From a virus (lineage: Duplodnaviria > Caudoviricetes), in the IMG/VR virus record IMGVR_UViG_3300022917_000008, positions 91,658 to 155,657 of that record: a DNA stretch of 64,000 nt. The stretch is one strand, 5' to 3'. The position numbers and the translations under genes were made by a program. Below the pieces are notes generated by a model that saw only the letters and a list, made by a program, of their open reading frames with translations, searched no databases and had not been told where the DNA came from. Shown one piece after another: positions 51,096-61,013 of this stretch. Position 1 is the first letter of the stretch. Each line of letters begins with the position of its first letter.

Positions 51096-52673
51096 ATGAG
51101 CTTGATAAGTTCTGATGGCAGCATACTAATCCTGGCAAAGGACTGTGTGACTGACTTGAAGGTGAATAACCCTAATAGGTTCTCCCTTTCAACAGCACCT
51201 TCCTCTTCATTTCTGTTCTCAGGAACAGGAACAACTACTCCTTTGACTGGAAGTGTAAGAATTTCAGGTCAATCAGGGAATGTTATTATATTGAGGCCAG
51301 ATGGACTGTATGTTACCTTTCCTTCCTACACTGAGACTTTGCTAACTGCAATAGACTCTCCAACTATAAACCTAACTACAACTGGCTTATCTTCCCATAC
51401 ATTGAAGGCTGATGTCAAAGTGTCAGCTGCTGCAGGTAATGCATTGATTGTCAAGCCTGATGGGCTATACACTACAGCACCAACTGGGGGAACTTACACA
51501 GATGCACAGGCTAGGAATGCTATCTCAGCACTAACTCCATTACAGTATAACAATACAACTGGGGTTCTGTCTATTCTAAAAGCCACTGCATTACAGGCTG
51601 GTTATCTTTCAGCCCTTGACTGGGTAACATTCAACTCCAAGGAACCTGCCATTACGGGTGGAAACACTTCCCAGTACTGGAGAGGAGATAAGACTTGGCA
51701 AACATTGAATACCAGTGTAGTACCTGAGTTAGGGAATCTGTACTTCACTACAGTAAGAGCAAGAAATGCTCTATCTGCACTAGCTCCAATATCCTACAAT
51801 AACATTACTGGTGTCATATCAATGGTACCTGCTGGTGGAGGACAAGATGGATACCTTAGTTCTATAGACTGGAATACATTCAACTCTAAGATAGGAGATG
51901 GATTGTCTCTTGCCTCAGTTAATGCCCAGAGTGTCTACAAGGACAAGGTGAGTGGAGTACTTAGGTTCAGGGGTATAAGAGGTGATGGAGCTACTATCAC
52001 TGCATCCCTTATTGGAGATGACATAGTACTTACTGGAAGTGGTTCAGTGCCTGTAGTTAATGCAGGTGCAGACAAGTCAGTTGTGCTTCCAACTACTTCA
52101 GTTGCAATGACTGGAGGTGCAAGCACATCACAAGGAACAATGGTATCCACTACCTGGTTATTTATATCAGGCCCTAGTGGATGGTCTATTTCAGATGCTT
52201 CCTCTCCAACTACACTGGTAACTGGACTAAGTGCAGGTACCTTTGTATTTAGACTGTTAGGCATCAACAGCTTTGGCCTATCTAACACAGATGATGTGGC
52301 CATAGTTGTAAGTGGTAGTGTAGTAGTACTTGATACAATATATGTAGGTGCTAAGGCTACAGGCTCTACACCAACAGAAGCTGAGATACTTGCATCCATA
52401 TCTTCTACACAGAATGGTGCACTCAATGTCAATGCAGATTGGACTTCATTCAACAGTGTTCCTCAATTCACATTCTTTGCAATACCAGATGGTGGTGCAG
52501 CTTATGAGAAGAACAAGTGGTATGTTGATCCTCTGAACAATGGTAACATTGGATCACCTAGTGATGCATTTGGTGCTCTGTCTGTGGTAACAGTCAATGG
52601 AAATGCATACTCTGTAGGTATCTCAAACTATGCTACTCAGTGGACAGCAGTTGTTTCACTTCAAAAGGTATAA
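51096..52673 (+). CDS. Fibre-like protein with a PKD domain
   Basis: Two GN..I..PDGLY repeats, two GYLS..DW.TFNSK repeats, a QYWRGDKTWQTLNT module and a PKD unit (PVVNAGADKSVVLP...GLSAGTFVFRL). Confidence 0.7.
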   Translation: MSLISSDGSILILAKDCVTDLKVNNPNRFSLSTAPSSSFLFSGTGTTTPLTGSVRISGQSGNVIILRPDGLYVTFPSYTETLLTAIDSPTINLTTTGLSSHTLKADVKVSAAAGNALIVKPDGLYTTAPTGGTYTDAQARNAISALTPLQYNNTTGVLSILKATALQAGYLSALDWVTFNSKEPAITGGNTSQYWRGDKTWQTLNTSVVPELGNLYFTTVRARNALSALAPISYNNITGVISMVPAGGGQDGYLSSIDWNTFNSKIGDGLSLASVNAQSVYKDKVSGVLRFRGIRGDGATITASLIGDDIVLTGSGSVPVVNAGADKSVVLPTTSVAMTGGASTSQGTMVSTTWLFISGPSGWSISDASSPTTLVTGLSAGTFVFRLLGINSFGLSNTDDVAIVVSGSVVVLDTIYVGAKATGSTPTEAEILASISSTQNGALNVNADWTSFNSVPQFTFFAIPDGGAAYEKNKWYVDPLNNGNIGSPSDAFGALSVVTVNGNAYSVGISNYATQWTAVVSLQKV

Positions 52674-52677
52674 TTAG

Positions 52678-55398
52678 ATGGCAATAACAGTTAATGATAG
52701 CATACAAAATAACAGTCCCAAGAGTATAGATAACAAGTATCTAAACCTGGGGATAGTGACCTATGTTGATAAAGCAGAGGTCAACTCTGTCATTCCATTT
52801 GCCTATAGAAGTAGAGGACTGACTGTGAACATTGCTGGATCAGAGTTCTGGTACAAGGATGGACTGGAAGATGCTGCCCTTGTATCAAAGGGTATTACAA
52901 GTGTATTAGGTCCACTTTCCCTGGACTTTACTACTGGTATTATGTCCATAACACCTGCCTCTAATAGTGTCAATGGATATCTTACAAGTGGAGATTGGAC
53001 TTCCTTCAATAACAAACTGGGAAGTGTTCTTACAGCCATGTCAGTGACTAACACTGGGGTATCTGGCAATCCAATTACACTGGTCAATGACCAACCTACA
53101 CCTGGTGCCACAATGTACTATGGTACCAACAGTGGAGGTGTGAAGGGATTCTATCCTGTTCCTGTAGCAAGTGGGGGTGGCCCTGCAGCTGTATGGGGAG
53201 GCATTACAGGCACTCTTAGTGATCAGACAGATGTATACAATCTGATACAAGGAAAGGAACCTGCCTTATCTGCTGGCACAACAGCACAATATTACAGGGG
53301 GGATAAGACCTGGCAGACACTCAACACAAGTGCTGTACCTGAAGGCTCCAATCCTTACTTTACTACAGCTAGGGCAAGGACTTCTCTAAGTGCAGGAGCA
53401 GGCATAAATTACAATAGTACAACTGGTGTAATTGCATCAACAATCACCCAAGCAGATGGTACAGAAACAAAGCTAACTGCAGGGTCTAACATAACAATCA
53501 CTGGAACTGGTTCATCTACAACACCTTATACAATCAGTACTACAGGTGGAGGTACAGTTACTAGTGTAGGTCTATCAAGCACAGACCTGACTGTATCTGG
53601 AACACCAGTTACAGGGGCAGGCACTATTACAGCTAACCTTAGTACAACTGGGGTAACAGCTGGATCATATACATTCCCCAGTATAACTGTGGATGGCAAG
53701 GGAAGGCTTACTGCTGCAGCCAATGGAACACTTCCAGTTGCTACAACAGGAGTAGCTGGTATTGTGAGAATTGGCACAAACATTAACGTGTCAGCAGGTG
53801 TAATTAGTGTTACATTCCCTTCTCTGCCAATAGCTTCCAGTACAATACTAGGAGGTGTGAAGATTGGATCAGGTGTGAGTGTGGCAGGTGATGGAACTAT
53901 TAGTGTTACTGGGTACACTCTCCCTATTGCCTCAAGTACAATACTTGGTGGTGTTAAGGTGGGTAGTGGCCTTGCTATAGATGTGAATGGTGTTCTATCC
54001 TCAACAGCAGGTGGTGGTAGTGTTACAAGTGTAGCATTCTCCTCTACTGACCTTAGTGTGTCTGGTTCACCAATCACAGGAGCAGGAACTATAACTGCAA
54101 ACCTTACTGCTACTGGAGTGTCTGCAGGCACATATAATAATGTGAGTGTGGATGTGAAGGGTAGAGTGACAGCTGCCTCAGTTGTTTCCTATCTAACTGG
54201 TAATCAGACTATTACACTTAGTGGAGATGTGACAGGTAGTGGCACAACAGCTATTACTACTGCACTCTCAGCTACAGGTGTAACAGCTGGAACCTACACT
54301 AGGGCCACAATAACTGTGGATGCAAAGGGTAGGATCACAGCAGCTTCAACAAATGCAGCTGGGGTTACTTCTGTAGGGCTGAGTTCCTCAGATATGGTTG
54401 TTACAGGCTCTCCTATAACCTCCACAGGATCATTTACACTGACTCTAAATACAGTCAATGCAAATGTAGGAACATTCAACAATGTGACTGTAAACGCCAA
54501 GGGATTGGTTACAGCTGCATCCAATGCTTCCTACATAACAGCCAACCAAAATATTACTCTGTCAGGAGATGTAGCTGGATCAGGTACAACTGCAATTACA
54601 GCAACAATCCAACCTGCTGCTGTAACTTACACTAAGATACAGAATGTAACTGCAGCCAGGTTACTTGGTAGATACACTGCATCTGTAGGCTCAGTACAGG
54701 AAGTAACAATAGGAAGTGGATTGTCTCTGGACAGTACAACAGGCGTACTTAGTGCAGCAGGAGGTGGAAGTGGTACTGTAACTAACTTTAGTGCAGGTAC
54801 CCTATCTCCAGTATTCACTACCTCTGTAGCTAATGCATCAACTAATCCTGCTCTTACATTTGCTCTAAGCAATGCAGGTGCTCATCAATTCCTTGGTAAT
54901 AACACAGGGTCTTCAGCTGCTCCTACTTATGTGCAGCCAGCCTTTACAGACCTGAGTGGTAATATCAATGTCAACCAGATGAACAGTGGTACAAATGCTT
55001 CATCCTCAACAGTTTGGAGAGGTGATGGCACTTGGACTATAGTGACTAGTGGCACATATACTCCTACTGTAAATGGTATCAGTAATGTTACTTCTCCATC
55101 AGGTCAGCCATGTGCGTGGACTAGAATAGGCAATACAGTAACAGTATCTGGAGAAGTAGACCTAACTAACAGTGGTACAGGTAGAGTAGCATTTACCATA
55201 ACTCTACCCATCAATATAACCTCAGGTAGCCTGATGGGAGGAGCTGGAGCAGCCATACCCTTTGGTACTCCTACACAAGGCTTTGGTCCTGTGGCAATTG
55301 AAGCCTCATCTACAACCACAGCACTATTCACTCTATTTATGTCTAGCACCCCCTTCACCTTCAGGGTATTATTCACCTTCTCTTATAACATTGCATAA
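52678..55398 (+). CDS. Long tail fibre protein
   Basis: 906 aa, T/G/S-rich; repeats TGV[TS]AG[ST]Y..[IV][TS]VD.KGR[LVI]TAA, LPIASSTILGGVK[IV]GSG and QTITLSGDVTGSGTTAIT; C-terminal GTYTPT...WTRIGNTVTV tip domain. Confidence 0.82.
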   Translation: MAITVNDSIQNNSPKSIDNKYLNLGIVTYVDKAEVNSVIPFAYRSRGLTVNIAGSEFWYKDGLEDAALVSKGITSVLGPLSLDFTTGIMSITPASNSVNGYLTSGDWTSFNNKLGSVLTAMSVTNTGVSGNPITLVNDQPTPGATMYYGTNSGGVKGFYPVPVASGGGPAAVWGGITGTLSDQTDVYNLIQGKEPALSAGTTAQYYRGDKTWQTLNTSAVPEGSNPYFTTARARTSLSAGAGINYNSTTGVIASTITQADGTETKLTAGSNITITGTGSSTTPYTISTTGGGTVTSVGLSSTDLTVSGTPVTGAGTITANLSTTGVTAGSYTFPSITVDGKGRLTAAANGTLPVATTGVAGIVRIGTNINVSAGVISVTFPSLPIASSTILGGVKIGSGVSVAGDGTISVTGYTLPIASSTILGGVKVGSGLAIDVNGVLSSTAGGGSVTSVAFSSTDLSVSGSPITGAGTITANLTATGVSAGTYNNVSVDVKGRVTAASVVSYLTGNQTITLSGDVTGSGTTAITTALSATGVTAGTYTRATITVDAKGRITAASTNAAGVTSVGLSSSDMVVTGSPITSTGSFTLTLNTVNANVGTFNNVTVNAKGLVTAASNASYITANQNITLSGDVAGSGTTAITATIQPAAVTYTKIQNVTAARLLGRYTASVGSVQEVTIGSGLSLDSTTGVLSAAGGGSGTVTNFSAGTLSPVFTTSVANASTNPALTFALSNAGAHQFLGNNTGSSAAPTYVQPAFTDLSGNINVNQMNSGTNASSSTVWRGDGTWTIVTSGTYTPTVNGISNVTSPSGQPCAWTRIGNTVTVSGEVDLTNSGTGRVAFTITLPINITSGSLMGGAGAAIPFGTPTQGFGPVAIEASSTTTALFTLFMSSTPFTFRVLFTFSYNIA
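53761..54010 (+). repeat. Coding repeat LPIASSTILGGVK[IV]GSG in the fibre gene
   Basis: Two near-identical peptide copies plus a degenerate third; diverged at synonymous positions. Confidence 0.6.
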
Positions 55399-56393
55399 TG
55401 GCACTAATAGTTAATGACTCCATACAGAACAATAGTCCCAAGCCTGTGGACAATAAGTACGGGGTATTCTCAGCAGGCTCCTTCAGACCATATAACAATG
55501 TGACTGAGGCTAACAGCCTTATACCAGCTGCTTATAGGTCTATTGGTCTGACCACACTAATAAACACTGGTAGTGGTAATACTGAATACTGGTATCAAGC
55601 TGGTATTGCAGATGGGAATCTTGTGCCTAAAATATCCACTACTTCAGTATCAGTTCCTATTACTCTCACAGGTGGAGTGATAGGCATACAGATAGCTAAC
55701 ACATCACAGGCAGGTTATCTAAGCTCAGCAGACTGGAATACTTTCAATAGCAAGATTAGTGGTGCAACCAGTGTAGGAGCTGGTACTTCCATCATTAATA
55801 CGGTGGGTAGTGGTACAATAAGCGTCAAGTCTATTACTGGAAGTGGTGGTGTTACTGTGACAGACAATACTACCTCAATCAACATTGCAACCACTGTATC
55901 TACTGGTTCCAATGTAGGATCAGGAGCAGGGATATATGCTAGTAACACTGGGGCTCAGTTAAATCTGAGAAGCATCATAGGTACTGGCAACATCTCAGTT
56001 ACACAGAACACTAATGATGTTACCTTAAGTCTTGTTGGTACTACAATACCAGCACCAGTTACTACATCCAATGCTACTCCTAGTGCTTTGACCTCAGTTA
56101 CAATTGAGAATAATAGTGCAGGTATACTTGAGATTACATTGATAGGTATTGTTGTAGGTACTCCCACTACCTACACAATGGCTAAGAGATACGCCAAATA
56201 CTACAAGATAGGTGGAGTTGTAAATGTGATTGAGGTGGGAGATATTATCTCAGAATCTCTGGGTACACTTACAACAGCTACTTGGACAATTGTAGCCAAT
56301 GGTACAACCAACAACATAGATGTGACTATCACTGGGCAAGCTTCCACAAACATTAAGTGGACAGCTACAGTACAGAAGTACTTCACAACATAA
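55398..56393 (+). CDS. Short fibre protein, N-terminal paralogue of 52678
   Basis: MALIVNDSIQNNSPKPVDNKY versus MAITVNDSIQNNSPKSIDNKY; also contains GYLSSADWNTFNSK. Confidence 0.75.
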   Translation: MALIVNDSIQNNSPKPVDNKYGVFSAGSFRPYNNVTEANSLIPAAYRSIGLTTLINTGSGNTEYWYQAGIADGNLVPKISTTSVSVPITLTGGVIGIQIANTSQAGYLSSADWNTFNSKISGATSVGAGTSIINTVGSGTISVKSITGSGGVTVTDNTTSINIATTVSTGSNVGSGAGIYASNTGAQLNLRSIIGTGNISVTQNTNDVTLSLVGTTIPAPVTTSNATPSALTSVTIENNSAGILEITLIGIVVGTPTTYTMAKRYAKYYKIGGVVNVIEVGDIISESLGTLTTATWTIVANGTTNNIDVTITGQASTNIKWTATVQKYFTT

Positions 56394-58525
56394 TGATTAT
56401 GAAGAGATTATTAGGACTTATTGGATTACTGATCATGTCCTTAGTATCACAAGCACAGGTAACTATTGCTTCTGATGTAAGGATAAGGTCTGCAGCAGGT
56501 ACAGCTCCTAATGTGGTGATACCAGTTAATGGAGGTATTCTATATGCAGATGGGAATGGACTAGTCAAGAAGACATCAGCCCTTATGGGGATTGGATGGG
56601 TTCCTGTAGACACTACTTCCCTAAGAACATATACAACTGGGGTAACTGGCATTGTGTATCACATGACTACTCCTGGTAGGGAAGGTGACTACAAGTATGA
56701 TGCTAGTGACCTTTCCTCTACAGATAATGGCTCTACTGTAATAGTAGCAGGTACAGCTAGGTACAAAAGGATTATAGAAGGTAGTGTGGATGTGAGATGG
56801 TTTGGTGCAGTAGGAGATGGTTCTACCAATTGTACAGTACCTATACAAAGGGCCATAGATTGGTGTGCTAGCCAAGGACAGAGCAGTAAGGTTGTATTCA
56901 TCCCACAAGGAAATTACCTTGTAGACTCACTAAGGCTGAGGAATGGAGCAAGTATAATGGGGGACAACAAGAGAACAACCATAACTGCCAGAGCATCAAG
57001 TGCTTCTGGTTTATTTGTTCTAGTGGATGCCCCAACACAAAAGATTAGTATAAGCAACCTGACTATAGTGGGAAACGCAGCTAATGCTGGGCAACACTGT
57101 TTCAACATCACAGCTATCCCCCAGTTAGTCCCAGCTTATACAGGAGGGCTTTGGTATTCAGAGTTCTCATTTATGGACATAACTGGATTTAGGGGGCATA
57201 CATTCCATTTCTATTGTAGTGATGGACTAGGAGATATGGCCAACCAATTCATTGACATATACAAGGTTATAGTGCATAGCACAGCAGATGCAGGATCAAG
57301 AGGGCTATATGTGGAAGGACAGATGGGGCAGTTGAAGGTGCAGAGTTGTGAGTTTGATGGGCTTGCAGCATCCAATGTAGGAACAGTAGGAGTTGAGCTT
57401 AAGAGTATAACTCCCAGTACAAATGACTTTGCATGGGGGATTAGCTTTGACAACACAACAATACAGAATGTTTGGAAGGCTATGTACACCTCATTTGCTC
57501 AGAATGTTGTGTTCCAGAATGGTTGGTTAGAGGATGACAGCTCTGGTGTTCATGGTACAAATGCATCCAGGCTAAGGATTCTGGATAATCACATAGCCAA
57601 TGTGGCTGAGGTAGCAGGTACTGCCATTATTATCAATGATGACAATAGTGTTATTGACCTGGTGGGTAATGGGCTATATGGAGCATTAGGTGGTAGAGTT
57701 TATACCTCAAGTAGCCAATCAAGTGGTAGTGGGGATATAAGAGACAACTACTTCCAGAACTTGGGTGCTATTACAACTGTGTTTGTTGCAGGCAATATAA
57801 ATGTATCTTCTGGTACACTAAACAGTGCTTACTTCAGAGACATAGTTACAACTGCAACTACTAACAAGAGTACCTATGTTGTAAACATCAACAGTAGCTT
57901 AGGGCCTGGTGAATTCCTTACAGTGAGATGTGATGCCAGATTTGTACCTGGTGGATTCGTAGCATTCAAGCCTGGACTTGGTAACATCAGTTACCCAGGT
58001 GAGGTAGATAGTGGATTCATAGTCCTTAGGGACAAGGAGACAGCCATATTCAGAAGAACAGACTTGTTTGGGGATTGGGCACTCATTGCACTAAGTAAGC
58101 CAGAAAGGTACTCAGACACAATTCCCACTGTAGGCTCGTACTATAGTGGAGAGAAGATTTGGAATAATAACCCAGCAAATGGAACCTTATACTGGTATTG
58201 CAAGCTGGGAAGTATTCCTGCAGTATGGGATAGTGTTACAACAGTTCCAAAAGCAAACATAATTGAGACGTCTGCCTCTACACTATCAATCACAGCACCA
58301 GGCAACTACATATTTCTGGGATCAAGTGCTACTTGGACATTACCTCCTCTAGCTAGTAGCTATGGTAAGAGGTACTACCTCAACAATAGTACAGCAGGAA
58401 CAGTCACACTAAATGCAAATGGCTCTGATGATATAATGATTGGATCAAGCCCTTCTACTACATTCCCACTAACAACTGGAACTATAAGGCTTGTAGGAGG
58501 TACTGCCCATTGGTACTTAGAATAA
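56393..58525 (+). CDS. Signal-peptide-bearing beta-helix (pectate lyase 3-like) depolymerase / tailspike-like protein
   Basis: Start at 56393 (TAATG) or 56399; MKRLLGLIGLLIMSLVSQA|Q; VDVRWFGAVGDG...IQRAID...VFIPQGNY beta-helix cap; C-terminal WTLP domain. Confidence 0.8.
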   Translation: MIMKRLLGLIGLLIMSLVSQAQVTIASDVRIRSAAGTAPNVVIPVNGGILYADGNGLVKKTSALMGIGWVPVDTTSLRTYTTGVTGIVYHMTTPGREGDYKYDASDLSSTDNGSTVIVAGTARYKRIIEGSVDVRWFGAVGDGSTNCTVPIQRAIDWCASQGQSSKVVFIPQGNYLVDSLRLRNGASIMGDNKRTTITARASSASGLFVLVDAPTQKISISNLTIVGNAANAGQHCFNITAIPQLVPAYTGGLWYSEFSFMDITGFRGHTFHFYCSDGLGDMANQFIDIYKVIVHSTADAGSRGLYVEGQMGQLKVQSCEFDGLAASNVGTVGVELKSITPSTNDFAWGISFDNTTIQNVWKAMYTSFAQNVVFQNGWLEDDSSGVHGTNASRLRILDNHIANVAEVAGTAIIINDDNSVIDLVGNGLYGALGGRVYTSSSQSSGSGDIRDNYFQNLGAITTVFVAGNINVSSGTLNSAYFRDIVTTATTNKSTYVVNINSSLGPGEFLTVRCDARFVPGGFVAFKPGLGNISYPGEVDSGFIVLRDKETAIFRRTDLFGDWALIALSKPERYSDTIPTVGSYYSGEKIWNNNPANGTLYWYCKLGSIPAVWDSVTTVPKANIIETSASTLSITAPGNYIFLGSSATWTLPPLASSYGKRYYLNNSTAGTVTLNANGSDDIMIGSSPSTTFPLTTGTIRLVGGTAHWYLE

Positions 58526-58535
58526 AATAACAAAC

Positions 58536-59639
58536 ATGAAGAAACTACTAGGGCTTGTCACACTTCTGATAATATATGTGACAGCACAATCCCAAACTAC
58601 AGTGGCTAACTCATTGCAGGTCAATACTGCAAAAGGTACTGCACCTTCACAGGCTATTCCTGTGAATGGTGGTATAGCCTATTTTGATGCAAATGGTATA
58701 CTAAAGAAGACTACAGCCCTAGCTGGTTTGGGAGCAAAGGTTACCAGTGTAACTGCAACTAATGACTCCACTCTATCTATTGTTACAGATGCAGGAACTA
58801 CTCCTGTACTTGTAAGAGGGTTGTTTACACCCACAAGGCAGAAATGGTTTGACTCCCTAAAGGCTGGCCAGATATTTGATACCATTAGGGTACAGCAGGT
58901 TGGTGCAGGGATCAACCCAATCTATTCCAATGCTGCTGGTACAATACTACTAGGCAAGGCACTAAGGGGATCAGGCACAATTGAAATACAGAGGGCTACA
59001 GATAGTTCTCTGGTGTTCAATAGTTTATATGCCTTCCCTCAATCAGTTATAGCTACAGGAACAAATGGTAATAACATTGGGCTTGTGGGTGACAATGCTT
59101 CTCCCCCCAATGGTTCTGTATATAGCATACAGGGGGGTAGCAAGGGGTGGTACCTGGCTAACACATTTGCAGTGGCAACAAGTACTGCTAATGGCTTACT
59201 GGACTTCAGATTGAAGAACAGGATAGATAGTATTGTAACTTTCACTAACTTTACAGTTGGAGGAACTTATGATAGTATTGCTGTTGCTTCTCCTACTCTG
59301 GATAGTGTCATATTGAAAGGACAGAAGTTTAGAGGAGCAGCTGGTTCTTCCCTTAGTGTGACAAATCAGGGGAATGTATTTACCAATGACTATGTATTTG
59401 ACATAGGAATAAGGGTTGCACAAGCATCAGCAACTGCTGATGGAACCTCTACAGTCTACAATATTGCACATGGACTAACTGGGGTAACAACAAGTTCCCC
59501 AGCTATAGTAAGCCCAAGAAATGCCTTGGCTAATAGTCAGCCTTATATTGTGACAGTCACATCAACAAATATTGTAATAACTTATTCATCCCCACCTAGT
59601 GCAGGATCAATGCTCTACTCATACATAATAAGACCATAA
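58536..59639 (+). CDS. Signal-peptide-bearing fibre-like protein
   Basis: MKKLLGLVTLLIIYVTAQS|Q; mature N-terminus paralogous to 56393; C-terminal ADGTSTVYNIAHGL lectin/fibre-like domain. Confidence 0.72.
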   Translation: MKKLLGLVTLLIIYVTAQSQTTVANSLQVNTAKGTAPSQAIPVNGGIAYFDANGILKKTTALAGLGAKVTSVTATNDSTLSIVTDAGTTPVLVRGLFTPTRQKWFDSLKAGQIFDTIRVQQVGAGINPIYSNAAGTILLGKALRGSGTIEIQRATDSSLVFNSLYAFPQSVIATGTNGNNIGLVGDNASPPNGSVYSIQGGSKGWYLANTFAVATSTANGLLDFRLKNRIDSIVTFTNFTVGGTYDSIAVASPTLDSVILKGQKFRGAAGSSLSVTNQGNVFTNDYVFDIGIRVAQASATADGTSTVYNIAHGLTGVTTSSPAIVSPRNALANSQPYIVTVTSTNIVITYSSPPSAGSMLYSYIIRP

Positions 59640-61012
59640 TGAAAAGACTACTTGCAACCATCTCATGTCTACTAGTATACTTCCTTTGCCAATCACAGGT
59701 AGTGAGGATAGGTACCATGGTATACCCTACAGGAGTGGGGCCTAACCTCATTACACTTAGTACATCCTCACTTACAGGGTTCTCTACACCACAAGGTACA
59801 CCTTCAACTGCTCAGACATTTACTGCTAGTGCAGTTTCTCTGACTGCAGGTGTAACTATCACAGCACCAACGGGATATGAAGTATCTACAGACAACTCTA
59901 CATTTACAGGATCACTAACCCTGGGACAATCTGGGGGTACACTTGTAGGGCAACCTGTTACGGTATATGTGAGAATAACCAGTGCAGCATCTGCTGGTAG
60001 TGCTAATGGAACATTGACAGCCTCTTCAACTGGGGCTACAACAAAGTCTATAACATTAACTGGGACAGTCACTTCTACATCCCCTAGCATATCAGTGAGC
60101 ACCAACTCCCTTAGTGCCTTTTCAACTACTGCGGGTAGTGCAAGTGCCTCACAATCATTCACTGTAAGTGGAGCAAACCTAACAGCAAATGGATTGGTTA
60201 CTCCCCCTAGTGGTTTTGAAGTGTCTGGAGACAATACAACCTTCCAATCTACTTTCACCTTAACACAAGGTGGAGGAGTATTTAGTGGGCAGCCTGTTCC
60301 TCTGTATATAAGAGTAGCTGCTTCTACAGCTGCTGGTACATACTCTGGTAACGTATCTATATCATCTACTGGTGCTACTACTAAGAATGTAGCAGTGAAT
60401 GCAACAGTCAATAGTGCTGGTGGTGGTTCAGTTGCTAAGTTCAATTTCACATTTGATAACTCTGGGCAAACAGCAGCTGGATGGACTAAGTTCTATGGTA
60501 GTAACCAAACTAACCTTTCATTCACTGATGCAGGTACAGGTTGGACTCTACAAACAACTGGGGCTAATTGGGCAGGGTTTGCAGGAACAGGATATGGTTC
60601 TAACACTGAAGGAGCAACTACAGGAACCTTTGGATCAACATTCCCTGCAGCAGTAATAGCAGGTGTGTACTACAATGTAAACAGGACTTACAGTGGCTCC
60701 AACTATGGCTTCCACATAGATAACCTACCAACAGGTAACTACACAATCCAGATAGTAGGGTCTATCAAGTCTTCTGTCAACAATCAGGTAACATTCCCTG
60801 AGTATCATGTGAAGTTTGGATCAAATGCAGATCAGGAAGCACACACAATGAACAATCAGGATAATACTGGTAATCCTAATGACAATACACACGTACTAAG
60901 CTTCACTAACAACATAACAGCTGGACAATCACTATCCTTTGGTGTATTTGCTCCTAGCTCTCTTGTACCTGGAGCTGGATGTATCAATGCAGTGATCATT
61001 ACAAAAAACTAA
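59639..61012 (+). CDS. Signal-peptide-bearing Ig-repeat protein with C-terminal carbohydrate-binding-like domain
   Basis: MKRLLATISCLLVYFLCQS|Q; two ~115-aa repeats (Q[TS]FT...LTA...P[TS]G[YF]EVS.DN...GQPV..Y[VI]R...SSTGATTK). Confidence 0.72.
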   Translation: MKRLLATISCLLVYFLCQSQVVRIGTMVYPTGVGPNLITLSTSSLTGFSTPQGTPSTAQTFTASAVSLTAGVTITAPTGYEVSTDNSTFTGSLTLGQSGGTLVGQPVTVYVRITSAASAGSANGTLTASSTGATTKSITLTGTVTSTSPSISVSTNSLSAFSTTAGSASASQSFTVSGANLTANGLVTPPSGFEVSGDNTTFQSTFTLTQGGGVFSGQPVPLYIRVAASTAAGTYSGNVSISSTGATTKNVAVNATVNSAGGGSVAKFNFTFDNSGQTAAGWTKFYGSNQTNLSFTDAGTGWTLQTTGANWAGFAGTGYGSNTEGATTGTFGSTFPAAVIAGVYYNVNRTYSGSNYGFHIDNLPTGNYTIQIVGSIKSSVNNQVTFPEYHVKFGSNADQEAHTMNNQDNTGNPNDNTHVLSFTNNITAGQSLSFGVFAPSSLVPGAGCINAVIITKN

Positions 61013-61013
61013 T

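Noticed and set aside
5672-56392. ORF-track start sites at 5672, 6612, 9984, 16262, 19416, 20314, 51090 and 56357
   Set aside because: They fall inside terminators, promoters or upstream genes, or are non-ATG codons just before an ATG; downstream ATGs (5708, 6636, 9990, 16283, 19476, 20389, 51096, 56393/56399) fit coupling and protein N-termini better.
51096-56393. Diversity-generating retroelement or invertible fibre cassette
   Set aside because: No reverse transcriptase, recombinase, adenine-specific repeat pair or inverted gene segments seen; repeats are peptide-level with synonymous divergence.
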